Positions 31,642-43,761 of a DNA stretch of 64,000 bases are shown here, one piece after another. Positions within the stretch are counted from its first letter, which is position 1. Every line of letters begins with the position of its first letter. Both the position numbers and the translations under genes were made by a program. The notes beneath the pieces were generated by a model that was given only the letters and a program-made list of their open reading frames with translations, was not told the origin of the DNA and did no database searches. The stretch covers positions 2,336,001 through 2,400,000 of the forward strand of contig JASGJH010000001.1 of NCBI GenBank assembly GCA_047601445.1. Direction: 5' to 3'. The stretch is from Myxococcales bacterium. GTDB taxonomy: Bacteria > Myxococcota_A > Polyangia > Polyangiales > DASUME01.

Positions 31642-32518
31642 GCTGGTCCTTCGGCCGTAGCGCCTTCTGGTTGAGCACGCCCATCAACTGGCGTGCGTCC
31701 GGAATCAGCTCCGAGCGCGGCCACTTGGACATCAGCTTGCGCAACTGCGCGCGCGCCTCGTCGAGATCGCCCAGATCGTCGAGCACCCGCGCGAGCAACC
31801 AGGTGGCCTCCACGTGGATGTCCTTGTCGGCGTTCTGCTCGAGCACCTTGTCGAGCTCGGCGCGAGCCTGGGCAGACTTGCCGAGCTGCTGCAGCGCCTG
31901 GGCGAGCCGGTAGCGCACCTGCGGAATGTGGGCGGCCCCCTCGTCGAGGCGGATCGCATCCTGGAAGCTCTCGGTGGCCTCGGCGTAGCGACCGGTGCGC
32001 AGGAGCTCGATGCCGTTCTGGTAGGCCTCCTGGCTGAGCTCCCCGTGGAAGCGCGCGACCACGTCGCGATACATGGCCCGCTCAGCCGGCGATAGCTGCT
32101 CCTTGTTGAGCTCGTTCCAGCGCTCGATAGCCTCGGCGCGCTGCTTCTGCTTCACCAACTCGTAGAACTGCACGGCCTTGGCTTCGGCCTGGGTGCGCTT
32201 CTCGGCCCGCCGCATCTCCTCGTCGACCGCCCCGCGCAGGCGCTTGACCTCCTGGGCCAGGTTCTCCTTCTCGACCTCCATCTCGCGGATGCTCACGTCG
32301 AGCAGGAGTCGGAAGCCGAATAGGCAGGCCGCCCCGAGCAGGGCGTAGGCGAGCACCGAGTTCCACCATGTGCGCCGCTCGTGAGAGGCCTGACGCTTGG
32401 CGATCGCCTTGATGTCCGCGCCGAGGGCATTGGTGAGGTTGTTGGTCTTGATGATCAGACCGCGCGACTCGATGATCTCCTTTTTGATCTCGCGGATCTC
32501 TTCGTCAACCTCACGCAT
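31637..32518 (-). CDS. Membrane-anchored coiled-coil/TPR protein (CpoB/YbgF-like C-terminus)
   Basis: N-terminal coiled coil, one TM (WWNSVLAYALLGAACLFGF), TPRs (YQNGIELLRTGRYAEA..F), terminal WPRSE. Confidence 0.75.
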   Translation of the reverse strand: MREVDEEIREIKKEIIESRGLIIKTNNLTNALGADIKAIAKRQASHERRTWWNSVLAYALLGAACLFGFRLLLDVSIREMEVEKENLAQEVKRLRGAVDEEMRRAEKRTQAEAKAVQFYELVKQKQRAEAIERWNELNKEQLSPAERAMYRDVVARFHGELSQEAYQNGIELLRTGRYAEATESFQDAIRLDEGAAHIPQVRYRLAQALQQLGKSAQARAELDKVLEQNADKDIHVEATWLLARVLDDLGDLDEARAQLRKLMSKWPRSELIPDARQLMGVLNQKALRPKDQR

Positions 32519-32599
32519 GGCCGGCCGTGCATACCCAAGCAAGCAACGGTGTGCAAGGCCTTGACCCGACTGGGCCCCCGTCCCAACCTCGCGACCCCG

Positions 32600-33184
32600 A
32601 TGCCCCCCTCCCCTGACGACCGCTGCCGCGCCAGCCAAAATCAGGGCCCGCCTGCGTCAGTTCACAGGGGGTTCACGCGACCTCCCCGCCCGTCGTGGCC
32701 AAGCCGCGCCGGGACGCACCCCGCCGCGAGGTTCGCTTCGCTCACGCGATGGTGCCCGCTCTATCACCTGTGGGCCCGGGCGCTGTGTGGGGCCGTGCTC
32801 CTGGGCGGGTGCGTGCAGGCGAGCCAGATCTACCCCCTCGAAAGCAGGCAGGGTGGCGGGTCAACACCGCGTGGGAGCGTGCAAATCGAGCGGATCGAGG
32901 GCGACCAGCGCTTGCTTGCCCTGCGCCTCGAGGGGCTCGCCCCTCCCGAATCCTGGGGGCCGGACTGTGCCGTCTTCGTGGCCTGGGCCGAAGATTCGCG
33001 AGGGCGTACGGTCAAAGTGGGCGCCCTGAGCTACGATCGCGCGCAACGGGCGGCTACCCTACTCGGTGCCGTCCAGGGCATAGATTTCCAAGCGTTCACC
33101 GTGAAGGTCACGGCGGAGCGTGAGGCCGGGGCAAGATTGCCTGGCCAAGTGCTGCTGAGCGAACGCCGTGTGATGAACCAGTGA
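32600..33184 (+). CDS. Hypothetical lipoprotein (RskA C-terminal-like pattern); start uncertain
   Basis: Lipobox LGGC; FVAWAE...VGAL...FTVKVTAERE..PG pattern; TTGACC-17-CAACCT at 32561-32589 precedes ATG 32600. Confidence 0.5.
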   Translation: MPPSPDDRCRASQNQGPPASVHRGFTRPPRPSWPSRAGTHPAARFASLTRWCPLYHLWARALCGAVLLGGCVQASQIYPLESRQGGGSTPRGSVQIERIEGDQRLLALRLEGLAPPESWGPDCAVFVAWAEDSRGRTVKVGALSYDRAQRAATLLGAVQGIDFQAFTVKVTAEREAGARLPGQVLLSERRVMNQ

Positions 33185-33251
33185 ACGGCGACAGAATAAC
33201 GGGACTGCCGAGCGCGCGACGGCGCGTGAGCAAAGATAAGGATCGAGTGCG

Positions 33252-33821
33252 ATGTTAGAAACCTCGGATATCCGCAAGGGCACCAAAGTTCAGTTCGATG
33301 GCGTGCCGTTCGAAGTCGTCTACTTCCAGTTCGTGAAGCCCGGCAAGGGCCAGGCCTTCACGCGCACCAAGCTGCGCAACATGATGACGGGTGCGGTGAT
33401 CGAGCGCACCTTCAAGAGCGGTGAAAAGCTGGAGAAGGCGGACCTCGAGGAGCGGCAGATGCAGTACCTCTACCCCGAGGACAGCTTCTACGTGTTCATG
33501 GATACGGCCAGCTACGAACAGCTGCGCCTCACCGAAGAACAGCTCGGCGACAACAAGTACTACCTCTCCGACGGCCTGATGTGCGACGTGCTCATCTACA
33601 ATGAGCGCCCCATCGGCCTCACGCCCCCGAACTTCGTCGAATTTGAAATCACCGAGACCGAGCCTGGCTTCAAGGGCGACACCTCCGGCGGCACCACGAA
33701 GTTCGCCAAGATCATCACGGGCCTGGAGATCCAGGTGCCGCTCTTCATCGAACAGGGTGAGCGCGTGCGCATCGACACCCGCACCGGCGACTACGTCGAG
33801 CGCGCCTCCGTCAAGCGCTGA
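33252..33821 (+). CDS. efp: Translation elongation factor P
   Basis: FQFVKPGKGQAFTRTKL, MQYLY, EPGFKGDT, VPLFIEQGE..RIDTRTGDYVER; Lys at loop tip. Confidence 0.97.
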   Translation: MLETSDIRKGTKVQFDGVPFEVVYFQFVKPGKGQAFTRTKLRNMMTGAVIERTFKSGEKLEKADLEERQMQYLYPEDSFYVFMDTASYEQLRLTEEQLGDNKYYLSDGLMCDVLIYNERPIGLTPPNFVEFEITETEPGFKGDTSGGTTKFAKIITGLEIQVPLFIEQGERVRIDTRTGDYVERASVKR

Positions 33822-33822
33822 T

Positions 33823-35041
33823 ATGAGGGTCCGGATCGGTGAGCTCGCCCAGCACGCGCTGAGCTCCCTGGTCCGCGTGGCCGGCCGCATCGTTTCCAGC
33901 AACGGTAGCGAAGCAGTCTTGGCGGACGAGAGCGGCAGCGTGCCTTTGACCGGCAACGAGCTGCCCCCCGAGCTTTCCCTGGTAGAACTGACCGGCATCT
34001 GGACCGGCAGCGAAGTCCGCGTGGGCACGCTCGATCTCCGCCTCCACGCCGCAGGCTTTTGGCCACCTCGGGGAGTCCGAGTGGTGGGCGCTAGCGCGCG
34101 ACCGGAATCAAAAGCGCGAGCGCCTGCGGGCGCGTTCCCGCGTGCTCCGGTGGACCCGCGAGTTCTTCGAGGCCCGAGGTTTTCTGGAGGTGGAGACCCC
34201 GCTGGTCGTGCCGAGTCCTGGGCTCGACGTGCACCTGGATGCCATGTCGGTGACGACGCGGGTCGGCGAGCGCTTCCTCATCACGAGCCCCGAGTACCAG
34301 ATGAAGCGCCTGTTGAGCGGGGGCCTGGAGCGCATCTTCCAGCTCTGCAAGTGCTTCCGCAACGACGAGCTCGGAGAGCGTCATCAACCCGAGTTCAGCA
34401 TGCTCGAGTGGTACCGGGCCTACGCCAGCGTGGACGACGTGATGGGCGACACCGAGCAGTTGGTAGCCACGGTGGCGAGGAAGCTGGCGGGCACGGGAGC
34501 CCACGAGCGCGCAGAGCTGCGCACCGCCTGGGGCCCGGTCGACGTGACACCCCCGTGGCCTCGCCTCACGGTGCGGGAGGCCCTGGCGCGCTACGCGGGC
34601 GCGCGCATGGAGGACGTGGTCACCGACGAAGAGCGTTTCTACAGCTTGCTGCTGGAGCGGGTGGAGCCGGCGCTGACCGAGCTGGGGGCCGTGTTTCTCA
34701 CCGAGTATCCCGCGAGCATGGCCTCCCTGGCGCGCAAGAAGCCGGAAGACCCCAGCGTGGCCGAACGCTTCGAGGCCTACGTGGCCGGCATCGAGCTGTG
34801 CAATGGATTCGGGGAGCTCACGGACGCCCGGGAACAACGAACGCGCCTGGAGCTCGACCAGGCAGAGCGCGTACGCCGCGGGCTGCCCGTGTATCCAATC
34901 GACGAACGCTTTCTTTCGGCTCTCGAACAGGGCATGCCGCCGAGCGGTGGAAACGCCCTGGGCCTCGATCGACTGGTGATGTTGGCGCTCGGAGCCGCGC
35001 ACATCGAGGACGTGCTCGCGGTCCCTGGTAGCCGCCTGTAG
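33823..35041 (+). CDS. epmA: EF-P lysine aminoacylase EpmA (GenX/PoxA) with N-terminal extension; split by a +1 frameshift at 34057-34060
   Basis: TSPEYQMKRLL, FRNDE..HQPEFSMLEWYR, ERFEAY..IELCNGFGELTD, GMPPSGGNALGLDRL; ATG 1 nt after efp stop; T4->T3 correction gives a continuous ~405-aa ORF. Confidence 0.9.
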
Positions 35042-37408
<2,367 letters not shown>

Positions 37409-37430
37409 ACCTCTGAACGAGCTCGCGTCC

Positions 37431-38510
37431 CTAGGGCGTCGTCGCTTCAGGCGGCGCGCCGGGCGCGGGCTCGTTGGACTTCGTCTCCGGCGCGTCTACT
37501 CCAGGCTCGCTTGGTGCGGTTGGTTGCGCGGCGGGCGCGGGCTCGGCCTTCGCTCTGGCGGAGAGCCCGAAGTTGTGTGCCGCAGCCTGCCTCTGCGCTT
37601 CGAGTGTCTCGAAGGCCTGGCGGGACTTGTCGAGCTCGAGCAGCGCACTCGCATGATGGGGCTGGGGATTCAACCGCTGCGCCCACGCCAGCGCGCGATG
37701 GGCCGCGGCGTAGGCCTCCGCCGTGAGCCCTTGCGGTCCCGGGGCCGCCCAGCGCGCGAGTCCGAGGTTGTACCAAACGCGCGCCTGGACGTCGGACCTC
37801 TGCCCCCCGAGCTGCTTGGCGGCCAGCTCGAGATGCTCCCGTCCTTGCACCCAGTCGCCCTTCGCGATCAGCGCGAGAGCCCGCTCGACCTCGGACATGC
37901 TGCGCTCATGGTAGAGCTCGAAACGCGGGCGCACCCGCAACACGTCCACCGCCCGCTCGAGCTCCACGGCCAGCTGCTCCACCGCAGCCTGGCGCAGTGG
38001 CTCCAGGTGGTCGCCGAGCACGCTCTGCTCGAAGCGCTCCTGCTGCAGCACGCGCGCCGTGGGACCTTCGTACACGGTCAAGTCGGCGTGCGCGTTGACC
38101 TGGATGGCCGTGACCATGTAGCTCTGAAAGTTGGTGGTGCAGCCGTAGTAGCCGCAGTACTGCGTCGGCATGCTGTCCCAATAGCGCTGCACGTTGTCCT
38201 CCGCTGACGCGCGCAAGAACAACACCGCCGTGGTGCCCGCAATGTGCCCTGCTTCGCGGGCCGGCTCGAGCTCGGCGGTCTGCACGCGACGCACCTCCCT
38301 GCGACCGTCCTGCGCCAGATGGGCCGCCAGCCGATCGAGCAGATAGTTCTCGAGCTGGTTCTCGCCGCCCGCCACCCAGATGCTCGGAAATACGCGCACG
38401 GGCACCTTGGCGGGCAGCATCAGTGCGGCACGTGCGGTCATGGTGCTCGGGCAACCGCCGAGCAAGAGCAAGCACGCGAGCGCCCACAGGCAGCCCGACG
38501 CCGCGCGCAC
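37431..38510 (-). CDS. Hypothetical lipoprotein with TPR-like C-terminus
   Basis: Lipobox LGGC; ARVWYNLGLA; QYCGYYGC segment; GC3-biased frame. Confidence 0.65.
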   Translation of the reverse strand: MRAASGCLWALACLLLLGGCPSTMTARAALMLPAKVPVRVFPSIWVAGGENQLENYLLDRLAAHLAQDGRREVRRVQTAELEPAREAGHIAGTTAVLFLRASAEDNVQRYWDSMPTQYCGYYGCTTNFQSYMVTAIQVNAHADLTVYEGPTARVLQQERFEQSVLGDHLEPLRQAAVEQLAVELERAVDVLRVRPRFELYHERSMSEVERALALIAKGDWVQGREHLELAAKQLGGQRSDVQARVWYNLGLARWAAPGPQGLTAEAYAAAHRALAWAQRLNPQPHHASALLELDKSRQAFETLEAQRQAAAHNFGLSARAKAEPAPAAQPTAPSEPGVDAPETKSNEPAPGAPPEATTP

Positions 38511-38574
38511 GCCTCTCGCGTAGGAACCAACGTCCTTCGCTAGGACTCCGCTGCGTGAGGAATTGAGCGGCGCT

Positions 38575-39375
38575 CTAACGACTGCTTTCCGCCCCACGCA
38601 GGGCCTCCTTCGCTTCTTTCCAGAGTGCGTCCAGTTCGTCGAACGGCAACTCAGCAGGGTTCACACCGCGCGCCCGGGTCGCCTGCTCCACGAAACGCAC
38701 GCGCTGCCCGAAGCGCTCCAGCGTGCGGCGCAGGGCGGCCTCCGGGTCCACCGACAGCTTGCGCGCGAGGCTCACCACGGCGAACAGCACATCGCCCAGC
38801 TCGGACTCGATCTCGGCGGCCTGACCTGCTTGCACGGCTTGATCGAACTCGGCGAGCTCTTCATCGAGCTTTTCCCGCGGGCCCGCCAGATCGTTCCAGT
38901 CGAGGCCCAGGTGCGCCGCCTTCTCGCCCATGCGCTGGGCACGCAGCAGGGCCGGCATCGCCACCGGCACGCCGTCGAGGACGCCGCGGTCCTTCTTCTC
39001 CTTGGCCTTCAGCTGCTCCCAGCGAGAGAGCACGGCCGCGCTGTCCGCTGCGCGCTCGTCGCCGAACACGTGGGGATGCCGCCGCACCATCTTGTCGCAG
39101 ATGGCGCCCACTACGTCGTCGATGCCGAAGTGCTCCCCGGCCAGCTCACTCTGGAACACGATCTGGAGCAGCAAATCGCCCAGCTCCTCGCGCAGATTGG
39201 GCATGTCCTTGCGATCGATGGCGTCGACCACCTCGTGGGCCTCCTCGATCACGTAGGGACGCAGGGTCTCGAGCGTCTGCTCGCGATCCCAGGGGCAACC
39301 GTCCGGGCTCAACAGGCGGCGCATGATTCGGACGAGTTCGGGCAGACGTTCGCCGGTTTGGCGGGGCTCGCTCAT
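38575..39375 (-). CDS. mazG: Nucleoside triphosphate pyrophosphohydrolase MazG
   Basis: GCPWDREQT, EEAHEVVDAI, EELGDLLLQIVF, RRHPHVF, second ELGDVLF domain. Confidence 0.95.
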   Translation of the reverse strand: MSEPRQTGERLPELVRIMRRLLSPDGCPWDREQTLETLRPYVIEEAHEVVDAIDRKDMPNLREELGDLLLQIVFQSELAGEHFGIDDVVGAICDKMVRRHPHVFGDERAADSAAVLSRWEQLKAKEKKDRGVLDGVPVAMPALLRAQRMGEKAAHLGLDWNDLAGPREKLDEELAEFDQAVQAGQAAEIESELGDVLFAVVSLARKLSVDPEAALRRTLERFGQRVRFVEQATRARGVNPAELPFDELDALWKEAKEALRGAESSR

Positions 39376-39451
39376 GCCTGCATCTTGGCCAAGCCCGACC
39401 CGATGTCGAGGGCTGCTTGTCCCCCAGCCTGGGGCGTGATACCGCGCGCTG

Positions 39452-40453
39452 GTGCTGCTTTCGGAAATTCGTGGGCAGAATCCCGTAATTCGCGCACTCA
39501 CGCGGGCGCTTTCGGGCGACCGCCTGCCCAACGCCTACCTTTTTCAGGGACCGAGCGGGGTCGGCAAGGAGCGCACCGCGATCGCCCTGGCCAAGGCGCG
39601 CTTGTGCCCGGCAACCCCGGGTCGCGGCTGCGGCCGCTGCTCGACCTGCACACGCATCGACGCTGGCAACCACCCCGACGTGCGCGTGTTCCGCCCGCGC
39701 GCCGAGGGAGCGCGCAACCTCCAGGTCGAGACCGTGCGCCAGGACATCCTGCCGGTCGCGCTGTACGCACCCTTCGAGGGCTCGAGCACCTTCTTGATCT
39801 TCCCCGAGGCCGACGTGTCGTTCCCGGACCAGCATCCGGAGGCCGCCAACGCCCTGCTGAAGACCCTGGAGGAGCCGCGGCCGAACGTGTGCTTCGTGCT
39901 GCTCTCGGAGCGCCCGGACCGCCTGCTCATCACCATCCGGTCGCGTTGCCAGCGCATGCGCTTCGCGCGCCTACCGCCGCTGGTGCTGGAGCACGTGCTC
40001 GAGACCGAGGGGGTGCCCAAGGAGCACTGGGAAGCAGCGCTCGCCATGGCCGATGGGCGCGCCGACCGTGCCCTGACCTTCGCCAAGGACGGCTTCGCCA
40101 ACCACCTGCTCGAGCACGCCATTCGCATCGACCAGCGCGTCGAACGCGGGGAACCCGGGCGCCTGGTGGAGCTGTCGGAGGAGCTCACCAAAAACGAGGA
40201 CATGCTGTTGATCCTCGAGACCTTGGCCCTGTTCTATCGTGACGTGGCCGCCAGCGCGCTCGAGGTGGAGCCGCACCAGCTGTGCTTTCGCGCGCACAAG
40301 GAGCAGATCGACGCCTGCGCCAAGCGCATTGGGGCGGGTCGAGCGGCCGCCCGCGCGCGCCGCCTGGCCGAGTTGCCCGAGCTGCTTGCGCGCAACGCCA
40401 ACCCGCAGATTACCCTGGACCACTTGCTTCTCGAGCTGCAGCGCGCCTCGTGA
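39452..40453 (+). CDS. holB: DNA polymerase III delta' subunit
   Basis: AYLFQGPSGVGK, CGRCSTC, HPDV, AANALLKTLEEP, TIRSRCQ. Confidence 0.92.
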   Translation: MLLSEIRGQNPVIRALTRALSGDRLPNAYLFQGPSGVGKERTAIALAKARLCPATPGRGCGRCSTCTRIDAGNHPDVRVFRPRAEGARNLQVETVRQDILPVALYAPFEGSSTFLIFPEADVSFPDQHPEAANALLKTLEEPRPNVCFVLLSERPDRLLITIRSRCQRMRFARLPPLVLEHVLETEGVPKEHWEAALAMADGRADRALTFAKDGFANHLLEHAIRIDQRVERGEPGRLVELSEELTKNEDMLLILETLALFYRDVAASALEVEPHQLCFRAHKEQIDACAKRIGAGRAAARARRLAELPELLARNANPQITLDHLLLELQRAS

Positions 40454-40470
40454 GCTAACCTGGTCACCTC

Positions 40471-42498
40471 ATGTCTGCGTTCTACGTCACCACGCCCATC
40501 TACTACGTGAATGATCGGCCCCACATCGGGACCGCCTATTCCACCATCGCCGCCGACGTGCTGGCTCGCTATCACCGCTTGCGCGGGGAGCCGACGCGCT
40601 TCTTGACCGGCGTCGACGAGCACGGACAGAAGCTCGAGCGGCGCGCGAAAGAAATGGGCATGGCGCCCCAGGCCTACGTGGACAGCATGACCCCGCCCTT
40701 CATCGAGGCCTGGCGGGCCCTGTCCTGCAACTATGACGACTTCATCCGCACCACCGACGCGCGCCACAAGGAGCGCGCCCAGGAGTTGTGGCGTCGCTGC
40801 GTGGCGTCGGGTGACATCTACGAGGACGACTACGAGGGCCTCTACTGCGTGGGCTGCGAGGCCTATTACACGGACAAAGACCTGCTCGAGGGCAACCTGT
40901 GCCCCATCCACAAACGCCCGGTGGAGGTGCTCAAGGAGCGCACCTACTTCTTCCGGCTCAGCGCCTATACCGACAAGCTGCTCGCGTTCTACGAGAAGCA
41001 CCCGAAGTTCGTACAGCCGGAGGGGCGCTTCAACGAAGTGAAGAGCTTCGTGAAGGAGGGCCTCAAGGACCTGTCGCTCTCGCGCGGTAGCTTCAGCTGG
41101 GGCATCCCGGTGCCGAACAAGCCGGAGCACGTGATCTACGTCTGGTTCGACGCGCTCACCAACTACATGAGCGCGCTCGGCGGGCCGGAAAAGAGCGGGG
41201 AAACCAGCGAGCTCTACCGGCAGTTCTGGGCGCCCCAGGCGCGCGTGGTGCACATCGTGGGCAAGGACATCTTGCGCTTCCACGCGGTGTATTGGCCCGC
41301 CTTCTTGATGAGCGCGGGCATCGAGCCACCGACCCAGGTGTGGGCCCATGGCTGGCTCACCGTGGACGGTCAGAAGATGTCCAAGAGCCTCGGCAATTTC
41401 ATCCCTCCGGGGCCGCTCGTCGAGGCCGTCGGCGCCGACGTGCTGCGTTACTACCTGATGCGCGACGTGGCGTTCGGGCAGGACGGCGACTTCAGTCACA
41501 CCAACCTGTTCGCTCGCTATCACGGCGAGCTCGGCAACGGGCTGGGCAATCTGCTCAACCGCATCGTCGCGAGCATCGTCAAGAATAGCTTCCAGGGCGT
41601 GGTCCCGAGCGTCGACTCGAGCCAACTCCAGGAGCTGGATCGCGCGCTCATCGCCAAAGCGGAAGAGTGCATGCGCCTGGCAGCGCGCGAGCTCGACGAG
41701 GTGCGGCCCAACCGTGCCCTCGACGCCGTCTGGGAGCTGGTGTCGCTCACCAACAAGTACGTGGACCAGACGGAGCCGTGGAAGCTGGCCAAGCAAGCGG
41801 ACCTGAGCCGGCTCGGGCAGGTGGTTTACACCGTGCTCGAGAGCCTGCGCGCGCTGGCCATCGCGCTGTGGCCGTTCATGCCGGGCAAGTGTGACGAGCT
41901 GTTGGTTCAGCTGGGCCTCGCGCCCATCGAGACCAAGCTCGGTCAGGACCTGTGGCCGCTACGCTGGGGACAGCTCCCGGCCGGCACGCAGACGCGTCCT
42001 GGCAAGGCCCTGTTCCCGCGTTTCGAGCAGGATCAGCAGACCGCGCTGATGGAGCGCCTGCTGCCGAAGGTCGAGAAGATGGAAGAAGCAAAGACCGAGA
42101 AAACCCCCGCCCAAGCCAGCGCCAAGCCCGCAGCCGCCAAGCCCGGGGCTGGCCGTGATCTCGGCGCGAAGCCCGATGCCAACATCGACGACTTCGGTAA
42201 GCTCGACCTGCGCGTCGGCGAGGTGAAGCTGGCGGAGCGCGTGCCCAAGAGCGACAAGCTGCTGCGTCTCGAAGTGGACCTCGGTCCGCTCGGAGTACGC
42301 CAGATTCTCGCCGGCATCGGCAAGCACTACGCGCCGGAAGACCTCGTCGGCAAGCGCATCGCGGTGCTGGCCAACCTGCCACCACGCAAAATGATGGGGC
42401 TCGAGTCCCAGGGCATGGTGCTGGCAGCGGGTGATGGCGAGGTGCTCTCCGTCATGCACCCGCACAAAGACGTGCCGCTCGGCAGCACCATCGCCTGA
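40471..42498 (+). CDS. metG: Methionine--tRNA ligase with C-terminal tRNA-binding domain
   Basis: FYVTTPIYYVN..PHIG, DEHGQK, YVWFDAL, KMSKS, C-terminal DLRVG..ESQGMVLA. Confidence 0.97.
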   Translation: MSAFYVTTPIYYVNDRPHIGTAYSTIAADVLARYHRLRGEPTRFLTGVDEHGQKLERRAKEMGMAPQAYVDSMTPPFIEAWRALSCNYDDFIRTTDARHKERAQELWRRCVASGDIYEDDYEGLYCVGCEAYYTDKDLLEGNLCPIHKRPVEVLKERTYFFRLSAYTDKLLAFYEKHPKFVQPEGRFNEVKSFVKEGLKDLSLSRGSFSWGIPVPNKPEHVIYVWFDALTNYMSALGGPEKSGETSELYRQFWAPQARVVHIVGKDILRFHAVYWPAFLMSAGIEPPTQVWAHGWLTVDGQKMSKSLGNFIPPGPLVEAVGADVLRYYLMRDVAFGQDGDFSHTNLFARYHGELGNGLGNLLNRIVASIVKNSFQGVVPSVDSSQLQELDRALIAKAEECMRLAARELDEVRPNRALDAVWELVSLTNKYVDQTEPWKLAKQADLSRLGQVVYTVLESLRALAIALWPFMPGKCDELLVQLGLAPIETKLGQDLWPLRWGQLPAGTQTRPGKALFPRFEQDQQTALMERLLPKVEKMEEAKTEKTPAQASAKPAAAKPGAGRDLGAKPDANIDDFGKLDLRVGEVKLAERVPKSDKLLRLEVDLGPLGVRQILAGIGKHYAPEDLVGKRIAVLANLPPRKMMGLESQGMVLAAGDGEVLSVMHPHKDVPLGSTIA

Positions 42499-42507
42499 GC
42501 AAAGCCG

Positions 42508-43581
42508 ATGTTTGGCCTGCCGCCATTGCCACCCCACTTCCACGCCGCCGTGCGTGACGTGGAGGCCAAGCGTCCGGAGTCGCGCATGGCGGCCGCCGAG
42601 CGACTCGGTCGCGCGGAGGGCGAGAACGAGCGCACTGCAGCGCTCGCGGGCCTGGCGCGGTTGGCCAAGGATCCCCACGCGGGCGTGCGCGCCACGGCGC
42701 TGGCGGCGCTCGGCTTGTTGGCTGATGAAGGCCAACTCGAGATCGTGTCGGCAGGGCTGTCGGACCCATTCCCGGAGGTGCGCGAGTTCGCTGCGCTGGC
42801 CCTGGGACAAATCGGCGGCGCGGGCGCCCTCTCCAGCCTGAAGACCGCGCTCCGACACACCAGCCCCGAGGTACGCTTTCACGCCGCCGCTGGCGTGGCG
42901 GAGCTCGATCCGGATCACGCTGCCGCTGCCCTCGTCCCCTTGCTCGATGATCCGGATCCAGACGTGCGCGCGCAGGTGGTGAGCGCGCTGTCGAGCCTCG
43001 ACGAGCCGCATCTCACGGGGCAGCTCGCGCGCGGACTCTCCGACGCGGTGTGGAGCGTTCGACTCGAAGCCGCGTTGGCATTGGCCAGCCACGCAGACTC
43101 GCGGGGCGAGCAGGCGTTGCTCACGGCGCTCGCACGACGCGAGCGCGTCACCGAGGTCATCGCGGCGTTGGTGGAGCTGAAGACAGAGAGCGCCCGCGAA
43201 CCTCTGGCGCAGCTCGCGTCCGCCTGGCTCACGCCGCCTGCCACCCGTGCGAGCGCGGGCGCGGCCCTCGCGCGACTCGGTGATCCCCGGGGCCTATCGG
43301 CCCTGCGTCGCGTGCTTCACGGCCTGCGCTCGGAGGCCCGCAGCTACGCCGTGGAGCTCACGCGCGAGCTGGCCGCGAACGCGGAGCTAGGCGCCGACTT
43401 GGCACGCCTGGCCGACCGCCCGCGCGGTGCCGACCTGCTGGCCCTGGTCGACGCCCTCGCCCACCACGCGGTCCACTCGCCCCCCGCGCGCTCGGCCCTC
43501 GAAAGATTGGCTGCACGAAGCGACGCGGTAGGTCATGCTGCGCGCGAGCTGGTCCAACGGACCGCTTTCGAGCGCGGGTAA
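42508..43581 (+). CDS. HEAT-repeat protein
   Basis: Repeated L.D....VR..A..ALG units (DPHAGVRATA, DPFPEVREFAA, DPDPDVRAQV). Confidence 0.85.
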   Translation: MFGLPPLPPHFHAAVRDVEAKRPESRMAAAERLGRAEGENERTAALAGLARLAKDPHAGVRATALAALGLLADEGQLEIVSAGLSDPFPEVREFAALALGQIGGAGALSSLKTALRHTSPEVRFHAAAGVAELDPDHAAAALVPLLDDPDPDVRAQVVSALSSLDEPHLTGQLARGLSDAVWSVRLEAALALASHADSRGEQALLTALARRERVTEVIAALVELKTESAREPLAQLASAWLTPPATRASAGAALARLGDPRGLSALRRVLHGLRSEARSYAVELTRELAANAELGADLARLADRPRGADLLALVDALAHHAVHSPPARSALERLAARSDAVGHAARELVQRTAFERG

Positions 43582-43699
43582 GCATCTTTCGCCAGCCCGT
43601 GCGCCGAGAGCGACTCCGAATCACTAGTGAGACGCCAGCTTCTCGCTCTCGAGGCGCCCTGAGTTGCGCTCCGACGGGCACAAACCCAAGCCACCGCCC

Positions 43700-43727
43700 T
43701 TGACGAACTGGCAATTGCCAGTAGATT
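43700..43727 (+). promoter_or_regulatory. Sigma-70-type promoter of rplC containing a perfect 16-bp palindrome
   Basis: TTGACG-16-TAGATT; ACTGGCAATTGCCAGT at 43707-43722. Confidence 0.65.
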
Positions 43728-43761
43728 TTGCGCCCTCGCGCTGCCTGAGGAACGCCTTTTT

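Noticed and set aside
34057..34060. Programmed ribosomal frameshifting at the four broken genes
   Set aside because: No shared slippery heptamer or stimulatory structure; all are single-base homopolymer extensions typical of sequencing error.
33823..35041. Calling the OB + catalytic fusion a lysyl-tRNA synthetase
   Set aside because: Motifs TSPEYQMKRLL and MLEWYR, short length (~405 aa) and coupling to efp indicate EpmA.
38575..39375. mazG as part of a toxin-antitoxin or abortive-infection locus
   Set aside because: Ordinary tandem-domain housekeeping MazG; no mazEF or defence neighbours.
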